From Thermoplasmata archaeon (lineage in GTDB: Archaea > Thermoplasmatota > Thermoplasmata > Thermoplasmatales > GCA-001856825): a DNA stretch of 64,000 nucleotides. The notes under the pieces are model-generated. The model searched no databases and was not told where the DNA came from. It saw only the letters and a list, made by a program, of their open reading frames with translations. The translations under genes were made by a program, and so were the position numbers. Shown here in pieces: positions 19,022 through 28,097 of this stretch (its first letter is position 1; every line of letters starts with the position of its first letter). Where the stretch lies: contig JAGDXP010000022.1 in NCBI GenBank assembly GCA_023256475.1, forward strand, positions 9,929-73,928, read 5' to 3'.

Positions 19022-20872
19022 GTGTTTGGAATAAACGGCAAAATCCTCTGGGTTGATCTGACTAAAAGGGAAATGTGGGAAGAAGAAATACCCGAGGAAA
19101 TCTATAGAAAATACCTAACTGGAAATGGCTTAGGATCCTATATTTTAAATAGGGAAATGAAGGGTTACGAAGATCCTTTAGGTCCAGATAATATACTGGG
19201 AATAATCACGGGTATTTTCAATTCCAATGGCGTTCCATTGGGAGGTAGGTTCGAAGTTGTTGGTAAATCGCCTCTCACTGGAACATGGGGGGATGCTAAT
19301 TGCGGTGGGAAATTTGGTCCCGAATTGAAGAATAGCGGTTTTGACGGGATTTTCATAAAAGGAATTTCGGAAAAGCCCGTATATTTGAAAATTAAAGACG
19401 GTAAATATAGTTTGGAGGATGCCTCAGAAATATGGGGTAGAAGTGCATATGAGGCAGAGGATTATCTGAGGAAACTGGAACCTAAGGGTCAGGCCCTTGT
19501 TATAGGAAGGCCGGCTGAAAATCTGTCTTTAATTACAGGGATAATGAATGATTATGGGAGGGCAGCCGGGAGGTCTGGCTTGGGTGCGGTGATGGGATCC
19601 AAAAGGCTCAAAGGTATCTTGGTCAGAGGAACCAAAAAATTAGAAGTTTATGATATAGACCTCCTAAGACAAACTCTGAAGGAAATACAGGGAATGTTTC
19701 ATAGAAATATCGAATCAGTAAGACCATGGCAATTATATGGAACCACCATGATCACCGAATCATCACACTTAAATGGTGATACTCCAATTAAGAACTGGGC
19801 GGGTGTTGGTATAATTGACTACGGTGAAGAAAATGCCAGGAAAATAAGTGGCGAAAATATTGCAAAGGATAAAATAAGATCCTATGGTTGCGCCCAATGT
19901 GTTTTAGCTTGCGGTGGAACCATATCTAGGCATACAAAATACGGTGAAATCAAGGGTCATAGGTTGGAGTATGAGGGAACCGGATCTTTTGGGGGTTTAA
20001 ATTTAATTTCCGACCTAGATGCTATGGCAATGGCTTTCGAAATGTGTAACAGAGAAGGTTTGGATATAATTAGTGCAGGTGCTGTAATTGCATTTGCCAA
20101 TGAATGTTATGAAAAGGGATATATTACCAGGGAACAAATTGGTTTTGAGATAGGATTTGGCAAGCCAGAGGCCATGATTAGGCTTTTGCAGATGATTATA
20201 GATGGAGAGGGTATTGGTAAAATACTGGGAATGGGAGTCAAAAAGGCCGCAGAGATACTGGGGGGTAAATGTTACGAAGCTGCAATGCATGCCCATGGCC
20301 AGGAATTACCTATGCATGATCCAAGACTAATGCCATCCCTTGCTACTACGTATGCTGCAGATCCAACACCGGGCAGGCATACCGCTGGAGGAATTGGATT
20401 CGATGAGGGAGGTTATATAACCCTTCCATTTGAATATCCCATTGAAAAAAAGAAAATTGAGAGATACAAGTATGAGGGAAAGGGCAGACTACAGGCCCTC
20501 TCAGTGTATGGTATGCAAATCATAAATTCCACAGGAATGTGCATGTTCTCGACATCTGTCTGGCCCAATTCATACCCTTATACAAAACTATTGAAGGCCA
20601 TTATGGGATGGGATGTAACAGCAGATGAGCTAATGGAAATAGGAAGGAGAATTCAGCTTAGTAGGCATTACTTCAATTATAAATGCGGAATCAATCCCAT
20701 GAAGGTTGATTTGCCAGACAGAGTTGTGGGCAAACCACCTCTAAAGGCAGGTCCTACTGCAGGGATCACTGTGGATTATAAGAGAATGGTAAAGGAATAT
20801 CTGGATGAAATAGGGTTAGATGAAAATGGAAGCCCGAGACCAGAAGTTCTTAGGGAATTAGGAATAGTATAA
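19022..20872 (+). CDS. second AOR-family tungstopterin oxidoreductase (substrate unknown)
   Basis: Motifs FGINGKILWVDL, CAQCVLAC plus TGMCMF, and GRSGLGAVMGSKRLKG. I propose GTG 19022 as the start by analogy with AOR N-termini. In-frame alternatives are ATG 18995 and 18914. Confidence 0.85.
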   Translation: MFGINGKILWVDLTKREMWEEEIPEEIYRKYLTGNGLGSYILNREMKGYEDPLGPDNILGIITGIFNSNGVPLGGRFEVVGKSPLTGTWGDANCGGKFGPELKNSGFDGIFIKGISEKPVYLKIKDGKYSLEDASEIWGRSAYEAEDYLRKLEPKGQALVIGRPAENLSLITGIMNDYGRAAGRSGLGAVMGSKRLKGILVRGTKKLEVYDIDLLRQTLKEIQGMFHRNIESVRPWQLYGTTMITESSHLNGDTPIKNWAGVGIIDYGEENARKISGENIAKDKIRSYGCAQCVLACGGTISRHTKYGEIKGHRLEYEGTGSFGGLNLISDLDAMAMAFEMCNREGLDIISAGAVIAFANECYEKGYITREQIGFEIGFGKPEAMIRLLQMIIDGEGIGKILGMGVKKAAEILGGKCYEAAMHAHGQELPMHDPRLMPSLATTYAADPTPGRHTAGGIGFDEGGYITLPFEYPIEKKKIERYKYEGKGRLQALSVYGMQIINSTGMCMFSTSVWPNSYPYTKLLKAIMGWDVTADELMEIGRRIQLSRHYFNYKCGINPMKVDLPDRVVGKPPLKAGPTAGITVDYKRMVKEYLDEIGLDENGSPRPEVLRELGIV

Positions 20873-20910
20873 TTTTGCAAAAGACCTGGAAAATTTGAAG
20901 ATATGAAATT

Positions 20911-21693
20911 TTAGAGAAATACTTCAGGGAGGTCTCTCACTTCTGAATACTTGAAAATTGGTCCATCTTCGCAAACATAGAAGTGACCGACGTTGCAGTG
21001 TCCGCAAACCCCAAACCCGCATTCCATTCTTCTCTCTAGGCTCAGGTATATATTTTCAGGTGATACTTCATATTTTAAAAGTTCCTTAACGGAATTTTCC
21101 ATCATTATGGGTGGCCCAATGAGAAAGGCGGCCATATTTTTCAAATTAGGTATTTCCGAGATGAATTTGGTGACAAGCCCAACTTTTCCATTCCAATTTT
21201 CGTCGCCCCTATCCACAGTTAATATGAGATTTGATAGGTTCTTCCACTGGTCAAATTCATATTTATAAACGAGATCTGAAGGAGTTCTGGCGCCGTATAT
21301 GACCCATAATTCTTTCTTACCCTTCAATTCATGGATAAGGGATCTTATTGGTGGAACTCCAATTCCTCCTGCAATTGCCAAAATTCTATCATATTTCTCG
21401 AAAGGCCAATGGTTGCCATAAGGACCTCTTACTCCAATCCTATCTTGTTCAAAAATCTTAGAAGTGACATGACCTATGTTCCTAACGGTGAATTTTAATC
21501 TTTCTGTGCTGCTCGACGCAACTGATATGGGAGCTTCTCCGATACCGAGGACAGACAGTTCATAGAATTGTCCTGGAAGGGAATTGGAATCACTTGCGAG
21601 CTCTATAGTATAAACATCATTGGTTTCTCTTGTTTTCTCAATAATATTTTCCTCTCGAGGCTTAAAGTTATTCGCTATCGTAATCGTGATCAA
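20911..21693 (-). CDS. FAD/NAD(P)-binding [2Fe-2S] oxidoreductase subunit (sulfhydrogenase gamma / AsrB / PyrK-like)
   Basis: Ferredoxin-reductase-type two-domain pattern (AIAGGIGVPP). C-terminal cluster motif MECGFGVCGHC...VCEDG. TTG start preceded by AAGGAGGTGA. It overlaps the upstream gene by 26 nt. Confidence 0.75.
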   Translation of the reverse strand: MITITIANNFKPREENIIEKTRETNDVYTIELASDSNSLPGQFYELSVLGIGEAPISVASSSTERLKFTVRNIGHVTSKIFEQDRIGVRGPYGNHWPFEKYDRILAIAGGIGVPPIRSLIHELKGKKELWVIYGARTPSDLVYKYEFDQWKNLSNLILTVDRGDENWNGKVGLVTKFISEIPNLKNMAAFLIGPPIMMENSVKELLKYEVSPENIYLSLERRMECGFGVCGHCNVGHFYVCEDGPIFKYSEVRDLPEVFL

Positions 21694-22597
21694 TCACCTC
21701 CTTAATTTCAATGTCCACCGGGCAGTCATCAGTACACCTGTTGCATCCCGTGCAAAGATATACTCCTCTTGATTTTTTATAATAAACGAATTTATGATAG
21801 AAACGCTGCCTCAATCTCGAGGAGAGATTCTCCCTTGGATTTCCAGCGGATGTTCTTGTAAATCCAGCTAGGATGCACGAATCCCATTCTCTTATTCTCT
21901 CGTCACCAACATCATTTAAATCGAAGCAATAGCAAGTGGGACAGGAATAATTGCATGCGCCACATTGTATGCATATTTTAGCATATTTATCCCAAAGTTT
22001 TGAATTCCATTTTATTCTGTTTTCTATACCCTCTACATTATGTTTTTCCTGCTTCTCATTGAACCTTTTCATCAGGTTTTCTACCTTTGAAATTTCATCA
22101 TTTGATGCTTGTTTGAAACCTTTGAAATACGAATCATATTTATCATTGACATACACCACGTACTTATCCTTCTCATAATTAACTACCTGTATCTGATAAT
22201 CATCCATAAGAGGGCCACCGAAGGCTGAACAGAAACCAGTCTTGCAAGGTTCAGTACACACATAATTCACAAAAATAGTGTTTTCTCTTTTGATGGTATA
22301 AAATGGGTCCTTTCCATAAATCTGTCTGTCCATTATGTAAAATCCTTTAAGATCACAGCTCATTACCCCAAATACTGCTTTTTTACTTGGTTCTGGAAGA
22401 GTTAAGACATTCTCATTTCTACCTATGAGGAATTCCTTGGGAGGTTTATCCGATCTGGCTATCTTCAATTCATGGTACTTTTCGATCTTTGAGAATATGA
22501 CATCTCCCTGAACATCAATGGTTCCGTAGGTCTCAAAATCCTTTTTAATTCTTTCAAATAGCTCAGCAATCTCATGACCATTTAATGAATATATCAC
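21668..22597 (-). CDS. 2x[4Fe-4S] subunit (sulfhydrogenase beta / AsrA-like)
   Basis: Cluster motifs CIQCGACNYSCPTCYCF and CTGCNRCTDDCP. GTGA start/stop overlap with fdhA. Confidence 0.7.
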   Translation of the reverse strand: MIYSLNGHEIAELFERIKKDFETYGTIDVQGDVIFSKIEKYHELKIARSDKPPKEFLIGRNENVLTLPEPSKKAVFGVMSCDLKGFYIMDRQIYGKDPFYTIKRENTIFVNYVCTEPCKTGFCSAFGGPLMDDYQIQVVNYEKDKYVVYVNDKYDSYFKGFKQASNDEISKVENLMKRFNEKQEKHNVEGIENRIKWNSKLWDKYAKICIQCGACNYSCPTCYCFDLNDVGDERIREWDSCILAGFTRTSAGNPRENLSSRLRQRFYHKFVYYKKSRGVYLCTGCNRCTDDCPVDIEIKEVIDHDYDSE

Positions 22598-24606
22598 GGT
22601 ATCACCTTAACTGCAACGACCTTAAATTCCGGAATTCTTGAAATGGGGTCGAGATTCTCACCTACAAGTAGATTCACCCTTGATTCCTTATAATGGAAAG
22701 GTATGAATACTACTCCCTTGGGAACTAAATTGGTTACCCTTGCCTTTATCATGATTTCTCCATGTCTGGATACTACATGGACTACCTGGCCATTCCTTAT
22801 ATTCCTTTCTCTAGCATCCTCATTGCTTATTTCTACGTATGGCTCAGGTGCTTCCCTTTCAAGTATTTGAGAAAGGCGAGTCATTGTACCTGAATGCCAA
22901 TGGAAATAATTTCTTCCAGTGGTCATAATTAAATTATATTCACCGTCCACAGACTCACTGGGTGGATTAAATTTTATGGGGATAAGTTTACCTCTGCCAA
23001 GCGGGAAGCTCTTAGTATGAAGTATTTCAGTTCCTTCAGGATTTTCTTTATTAATTGGCCATTGCTTACCTATGGGATAGATATTCTCATATGTTGCCCC
23101 GGAATAATTGTATATTGCTTCTCTGATTTCATTGAATATTTCTTCAGGTCCCTCGTACTCTTTCCACAAATTCATCTTGCTTCCTACTTTATTTAAAATC
23201 CACCAATCTGGTTTAGCCTCACCTGGGGGATCATAAACGGGAAATATTCTCTGAATACGCCTCTCAGTATTGGTAAATGTGCCTTCCTTTTCAAGGGAAG
23301 ATGCTGCAGGAAGAACCAGATCGGCCTTGGCAGCGGTTAGAGTCATGAAAATATCCTGGACCACGAAGAATTCGAGATTATCTATCCCTTCCTCTACCCT
23401 AGCGATATTGGCTTCAGTGATTAATGGATTTTCCCCCATCAGATAGATGGCCTTGATTTCTCCATCTGCTGCCTTGTCAAACATTTCTGATAAAGTAAGA
23501 CCTCTCTTTGTCGGAAGAGAGGAGTTCCACAGTTTCGAAAATTTCTGGATTCTATCAGAATCCCATCTGACATAACCTGGATAGAATTCTGATAGGGCTC
23601 CCATATCGCTACTTCCCTGTACATTATTCTGCCCCCTCAGAGGGAATATTCCTGATCCATATCGACCTAGATTTCCTGTTATTAGGGCTAAATTGGAAAC
23701 ATTCATCACATTTTCAGTTCCATGAATGTGCTGGGTGATACCCATCGCATAAAATATGGCAGAAGGTCTGTTCGTAGCGTAGATCCTTGCAGCCTCGTAC
23801 ACCAAATCGGGCTCAATCCCTGTAATCTCCGAAGTAATGAGTGGGTCATACTTCATAACCTCCTCTCTTAATTCCTCAAAACCTTCTGTTCTATTATCAA
23901 TGAACTCTTGATCATACAGCTTCTCCGTTATTATGACATACATTAAACTGTTCAGGAGGGCAACATCAGTTCCGGGCCTGAATTGCATGTGGATGTCCGC
24001 CATCTCGGCCAACTTAATTTTCCTAGGATCTGCAACGATTAACTTCTTACCTTTCCTGACCTCACTGATTATCTTGGAACCTATAATAGGATGCTGTTCT
24101 GTGGTATTGGATCCAATTATGAAGAATGTGTGGGTTCCCTCAAGGCTCCTAATTGATCCTGTTGCAGCTCCTGTCCCCAATGTATTTATTAATCCCAGTG
24201 CAGTTGGACTATGACAGCTCCTTGCGCAATGATCTATATTGTTGGTACCAAAAACCCTCGCCATTTTCTGCATTAAATAATTTTCTTCATTGGTACATTT
24301 GGCTGATGATTGAAATGCAACTGCATCAGGCCCATATTTTTCTCTAATCTTCAACAATCTATCCGCAACAATTTCAATAGCATCATCCCAGGAAATTCTA
24401 ACAAATTCTTCATTATTTTTTAAGAGCGGATATCGAAGCCTATCTTTAGAGAAGCTATAGCTTAGCCCGGTATAGCCTTTTATGCACAGCTTTCCATTAT
24501 TAACGGGAGAAGCGTTGTAACCTGAAACAAAAAATGGCTCATTCTTTTCAGGTACGACAATTTGACATCCTGTCCCACAATATGGACAAACACTAATCTG
24601 AGCCAT
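22594..24606 (-). CDS. fdhA: formate dehydrogenase catalytic subunit (bis-MGD molybdo/tungstopterin enzyme, Cys type, cytoplasmic)
   Basis: N-terminal [4Fe-4S] motif CPYCGTGC...LCIKG. NNIDHCARSCHSPT aligns with E. coli FdhH NNVDCCARVUHGPS, with Cys (TGT 24214-24216) in place of Sec. RGQNNVQG is present. No Tat signal. Confidence 0.85.
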   Translation of the reverse strand: MAQISVCPYCGTGCQIVVPEKNEPFFVSGYNASPVNNGKLCIKGYTGLSYSFSKDRLRYPLLKNNEEFVRISWDDAIEIVADRLLKIREKYGPDAVAFQSSAKCTNEENYLMQKMARVFGTNNIDHCARSCHSPTALGLINTLGTGAATGSIRSLEGTHTFFIIGSNTTEQHPIIGSKIISEVRKGKKLIVADPRKIKLAEMADIHMQFRPGTDVALLNSLMYVIITEKLYDQEFIDNRTEGFEELREEVMKYDPLITSEITGIEPDLVYEAARIYATNRPSAIFYAMGITQHIHGTENVMNVSNLALITGNLGRYGSGIFPLRGQNNVQGSSDMGALSEFYPGYVRWDSDRIQKFSKLWNSSLPTKRGLTLSEMFDKAADGEIKAIYLMGENPLITEANIARVEEGIDNLEFFVVQDIFMTLTAAKADLVLPAASSLEKEGTFTNTERRIQRIFPVYDPPGEAKPDWWILNKVGSKMNLWKEYEGPEEIFNEIREAIYNYSGATYENIYPIGKQWPINKENPEGTEILHTKSFPLGRGKLIPIKFNPPSESVDGEYNLIMTTGRNYFHWHSGTMTRLSQILEREAPEPYVEISNEDARERNIRNGQVVHVVSRHGEIMIKARVTNLVPKGVVFIPFHYKESRVNLLVGENLDPISRIPEFKVVAVKVIP

Positions 24607-24656
24607 TTATTACTTAATTAGTTACGATTAGATAAGATTTGCATAATTACTTTTAA

Positions 24657-25205
24657 TCATTCATTACAGCCAAGAATTTTCAAAGCATTGTTATAATCTT
24701 CCGCTAAATTGATGCTTCTGGCTTTCCACGAATCTTCTTTTAAAGGAATTGCTTTTCCATATTGCTTTAAATATGCAGATATGGATCTAGACGTTTGTTT
24801 AAATTTTTCAATGTTGATATATGAACCCTCTTGATATATGGCGAGTAGTGGTTCAGGGAAGCTCTCAGCATTCATACCATAAACGGTATTGTTCTGATAA
24901 TTTCCATGAATTTTCCTTATTATTTCAGAATCCAAAAAAGGCATATCCCCACCAAGAGCGAATATGGTTCCGAAAATTTTTATTGCACTCTCAATAGCAT
25001 CTATGAGTACCCCTTGTGAATTATCTGGTATGATCTTAACATTTAAATTCAAATTGGGATTCTTCGAATAAATTATTACATCTTCAAATAAGCCACTATT
25101 TAAGGCAGCCTCATAAACCCTCAGAATCAGCGGTTTTCCACAGATATTAAGCATATGCTTATTGGGGAGCCTTTGGCTAACTTTTGCAAATATAACCGCG
25201 ATCAT
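24657..25205 (-). CDS. mobA: molybdenum cofactor guanylyltransferase MobA
   Basis: MIAVIFAKVSQRLPNKHML...CGKPLI and GGDMPF. ATG 25205 forms an ATGA overlap with the moeB stop. Confidence 0.75.
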   Translation of the reverse strand: MIAVIFAKVSQRLPNKHMLNICGKPLILRVYEAALNSGLFEDVIIYSKNPNLNLNVKIIPDNSQGVLIDAIESAIKIFGTIFALGGDMPFLDSEIIRKIHGNYQNNTVYGMNAESFPEPLLAIYQEGSYINIEKFKQTSRSISAYLKQYGKAIPLKEDSWKARSINLAEDYNNALKILGCNE

Positions 25206-25924
25206 GCTTTGAACCCACAAACCTCACAGTGGGGATTTTTCTTGGTCTTTATCTTTTCCAATGAAAAATCCCACGAATCGAATACGATTATCTCATCTTC
25301 GGCATAACCGAGTATGCTCTTTATGGCTAAGGTCACAGAAATGCTTGCCGCAATTTCTACAACGCTGGGAATTAATCCATTAACAGAACAAGGGATTGAA
25401 TCTCCCGTTGTTGGATAACCTATACATTCAAGACATGCGGTTCTCCCAGGAATAATTGCCTTTGCCATTCCTGAAGAACCTTCTACGGCAGAAAATATGA
25501 AAATCTTTTCTTTTTCGATGGAAAATTTGTTCAATACGCCTCTTGTACCAAAGGAATCTGTTCCATCCATTATAATATTCACGTCTCCTAGGATCTCATC
25601 TGCGTTTTCTTCAGTCACCTTCAAATTCACAGGAATAACTTCTACTTCTCTATTTATTTTCGTTAACTTTTCGTGGGCCGCATACACTTTGGGTCTACCT
25701 ATATCCTCCTCATCATAAAGTGATTGCCTATTGAGATTGGAAAGTTCCACCGTGTCATGGTCTACGATTTTGACCTTTCCAAATCCCATCCTTACCATAA
25801 GTTCTGAAATGTGGCTACCTGTTCCTCCAACCCCAACGACAGCTACAGATGTACTCCTTATTTTTCTCTGCCCTTCCGGGAATAATTTTGGGAACGATAT
25901 TTGGGTCAGATATCTATCAAGCAT
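25202..25924 (-). CDS. moeB: E1-like adenylyltransferase MoeB/ThiF/UbaA family
   Basis: GVGGTGSHISELMVRMGFGKVKIVDHD..LSNLNRQ. Two CxxC pairs (CLEC, CEVC). The start follows the moaD stop directly (TAAATG). Confidence 0.85.
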   Translation of the reverse strand: MLDRYLTQISFPKLFPEGQRKIRSTSVAVVGVGGTGSHISELMVRMGFGKVKIVDHDTVELSNLNRQSLYDEEDIGRPKVYAAHEKLTKINREVEVIPVNLKVTEENADEILGDVNIIMDGTDSFGTRGVLNKFSIEKEKIFIFSAVEGSSGMAKAIIPGRTACLECIGYPTTGDSIPCSVNGLIPSVVEIAASISVTLAIKSILGYAEDEIIVFDSWDFSLEKIKTKKNPHCEVCGFKA

Positions 25925-26164
25925 TTACCCTCCCCCAGGCGGTGGAAAGATAGAAACAGAATCTCCATCGCGGAGAACGTAATCTGGAGGTGCCATGGAA
26001 TCATTTATGGCTATGATAAGATTCTTTTCATCTTTAAGGCTTGGAAATCTTTCATAAAGAAGATTCAGAAAATTTTCAACGGTCATGGAATTTTCAATCA
26101 CTATAATCTGTTCTTTGCCAAATTTTTCGCCATAACGAGCATAAAATTTTAATTTAATCTTCAT
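25925..26164 (-). CDS. moaD: molybdopterin synthase small (sulfur-carrier) subunit MoaD
   Basis: 79-aa beta-grasp-sized protein ending FPPPGGG-stop. It lies between moaA and the E1-like gene. Confidence 0.8.
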   Translation of the reverse strand: MKIKLKFYARYGEKFGKEQIIVIENSMTVENFLNLLYERFPSLKDEKNLIIAINDSMAPPDYVLRDGDSVSIFPPPGGG

Positions 26165-26168
26165 GCTA

Positions 26169-27068
26169 TCACCAGTATGGTTCCCTCATTAAAGTGGCTT
26201 TAATTAAAGCTTCAGACGGATTGCTGTAATCAATGGCTATTCTTTGATCTGGCCTATGGAGACACGTTTGTATAAGGCCTTTGGATGTAACTCTCAGTCT
26301 AGTGCAATTCATGCAAAATTCATGATTTCTATGTGGATTTACAATTTCGACCTTAAGTTCGGAATATTTGTAATCAAGAATTAAAATTCTTCTCCTATGA
26401 AGTGAATTGTATTCTATACCCCTGACGTAGGGCCTCAAAAGATCTTCAATGAAATTTAAATTCACATGATATTTCTTGAACCAGTCTTGATCCTCTTCCT
26501 CTTTTGAGGATTCCAGTTCTATAAATTGTACCATGGCCCCAACTTCACTTGCAAAATCAAGCAATTGGAAAATCTGATCGTCATTTAGACCTCTGAGAAC
26601 AACCATGTTAAGCTTAACGGGATTTAAACCTGCCCTTACAGCTTCTTTAATCCCATGTTTCACCCTATCAAGAGAGCTATTACCGGTTATGATTTTAAAA
26701 GAGTCTTGAGTCATGGCATGAAGGGATACATTTACTCTGCTCAGACCCGCCTCTCTGAGTTTTGTCGCCATATCACCTAAAAAATAGCCATTCGTGGTCA
26801 TGGAAATATCCCCGTCAATATACTTCCTTGTAATCTTTATAATTTCCAAAATGTCTCTTCGCAGTAAAGGTTCCCCTCCTGTAAATTTAATCCTATTTAT
26901 CCCGAGCTCTGAAGCCGCTTTCATCAATTTTTCTATTTCCTCTAGGCTCATGGTCTCTCCATTTTCTTCAGTTCCTTCCATATGGCAGAAAAAACATCTG
27001 AAATTGCACGTGGCATTTAATTGGATCCTCAAGCTATTAAGGGGTCTTCCAAAATTGTCCTTTATCAT
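26169..27068 (-). CDS. moaA: GTP 3',8-cyclase MoaA (radical SAM)
   Basis: CNFRCFFC radical SAM cluster. C-terminal auxiliary cluster region CMNCTRLRVTSKGLIQTC. Confidence 0.9.
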   Translation of the reverse strand: MIKDNFGRPLNSLRIQLNATCNFRCFFCHMEGTEENGETMSLEEIEKLMKAASELGINRIKFTGGEPLLRRDILEIIKITRKYIDGDISMTTNGYFLGDMATKLREAGLSRVNVSLHAMTQDSFKIITGNSSLDRVKHGIKEAVRAGLNPVKLNMVVLRGLNDDQIFQLLDFASEVGAMVQFIELESSKEEEDQDWFKKYHVNLNFIEDLLRPYVRGIEYNSLHRRRILILDYKYSELKVEIVNPHRNHEFCMNCTRLRVTSKGLIQTCLHRPDQRIAIDYSNPSEALIKATLMREPYW

Positions 27069-27594
27069 TGTTATGCCTATATTTTTTCAATATTTCAAGC
27101 TTTTATAATCTATAAAACTTACCACAATAATTGGAACTCCTGATCTCTCTTCCATTCTATATCTAATAAACATTAATAGGAATCGATTACAGGATTTGGG
27201 AATTATCACGGATTGATAAAGAACATGCGAAATTAATAAGATTTCATACTCAGAAAAATGCAATAAATTAACTTTCTGAATTGAAATACAAGTCATTCAT
27301 GCTATTCCTATTCAATTCCGAAGGAAATATGTTGTTAATCCTCGAGTATAAACATCTGGTTAATCATGGCTCATGATCTCGTCACATTGTATGGATAATC
27401 AATATGAGATGATCTGCGGGCAAAATATCGGGAGCAATTATGCAAATCCCAGTGTGGAATGCTTTAAATCATTTATAAATCGTGGTCGATTCAAGCATGA
27501 TCGAAAAATCAATGATATGATGCATTAATTAGAAGTGAGGGGCCTGATTGGACGATTAAAATTTTCTGCTAATTAACAACTCTTCCCTTAATAA

Positions 27595-27999
27595 TCATTG
27601 ATGCCAATATTGTCCATCTTTATAGATGTCTTTCTTCCATATGGGAACTCTAGTTTTTATTTGATCAATCAACCAATCCATTCCGGAAAGAGCCTCTTTT
27701 CTATGCCTGGAAGAAATTGCGATAAAAAGAGATATTTCTCCAACGGGAATTAAACCAACTCTATGTACGGCCAAAGCATCAATTAAGGAAAATTTTTGTA
27801 TTGCCTCGTATAATAATTGACTTAGTATCTTTGGGGCCATACTCTCATGATAATCATAGTAAAGTGCCAATATTTCTCCGACCTCACCTTGTGGCCTAAC
27901 TATACCATAGAAATCAATTATGGCCCCACAACCATTGCAATTTAGCTTATTCATGGTTTCATTTACATTAATTTGTTCCTTTGTAATTTCGGAGTACAT
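27595..27999 (-). CDS. moaE: molybdopterin synthase catalytic subunit MoaE
   Basis: Motifs VHRVGLIPVGE, SSRHRKEA and RVPIWKKD. Confidence 0.85.
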   Translation of the reverse strand: MYSEITKEQINVNETMNKLNCNGCGAIIDFYGIVRPQGEVGEILALYYDYHESMAPKILSQLLYEAIQKFSLIDALAVHRVGLIPVGEISLFIAISSRHRKEALSGMDWLIDQIKTRVPIWKKDIYKDGQYWHQ

Positions 28000-28097
28000 T
28001 GACTAGTAATTGGAAATAGGCTTTAAAGTTTCATCTAAAAATTTTTCACCCATTAAAATAACCGCAATTGGTTTAATGAATGAAGAATTAAGGTTTG

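Noticed and set aside
24214-24216. Possible selenocysteine recoding in fdhA
   Set aside because: The codon aligned with Sec of E. coli FdhH is TGT (Cys). The gene has no in-frame TGA, so no recoding is involved.
27087-27296. 69-codon ORF in the moaE-moaA gap
   Set aside because: The product is low-complexity and Ile/Leu/Ser-rich with no motif. There is no ribosome-binding site or properly spaced TATA box. It sits in AT-rich DNA, where such ORFs arise by chance.
27069-27300. Moco riboswitch in the moaA leader
   Set aside because: The leader is extremely AT-rich, and I could not find the GC-rich paired elements expected for the bacterial Moco RNA motif. A covariance-model search would still be needed for certainty.
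27300-27594. Degraded moaC pseudogene in the gap
   Set aside because: Hand translation of the operon strand gives only short fragments between stops (for example RRSSHIDYPYNVTRS). The resemblance to the MoaC N-terminus is far too weak to support a call.
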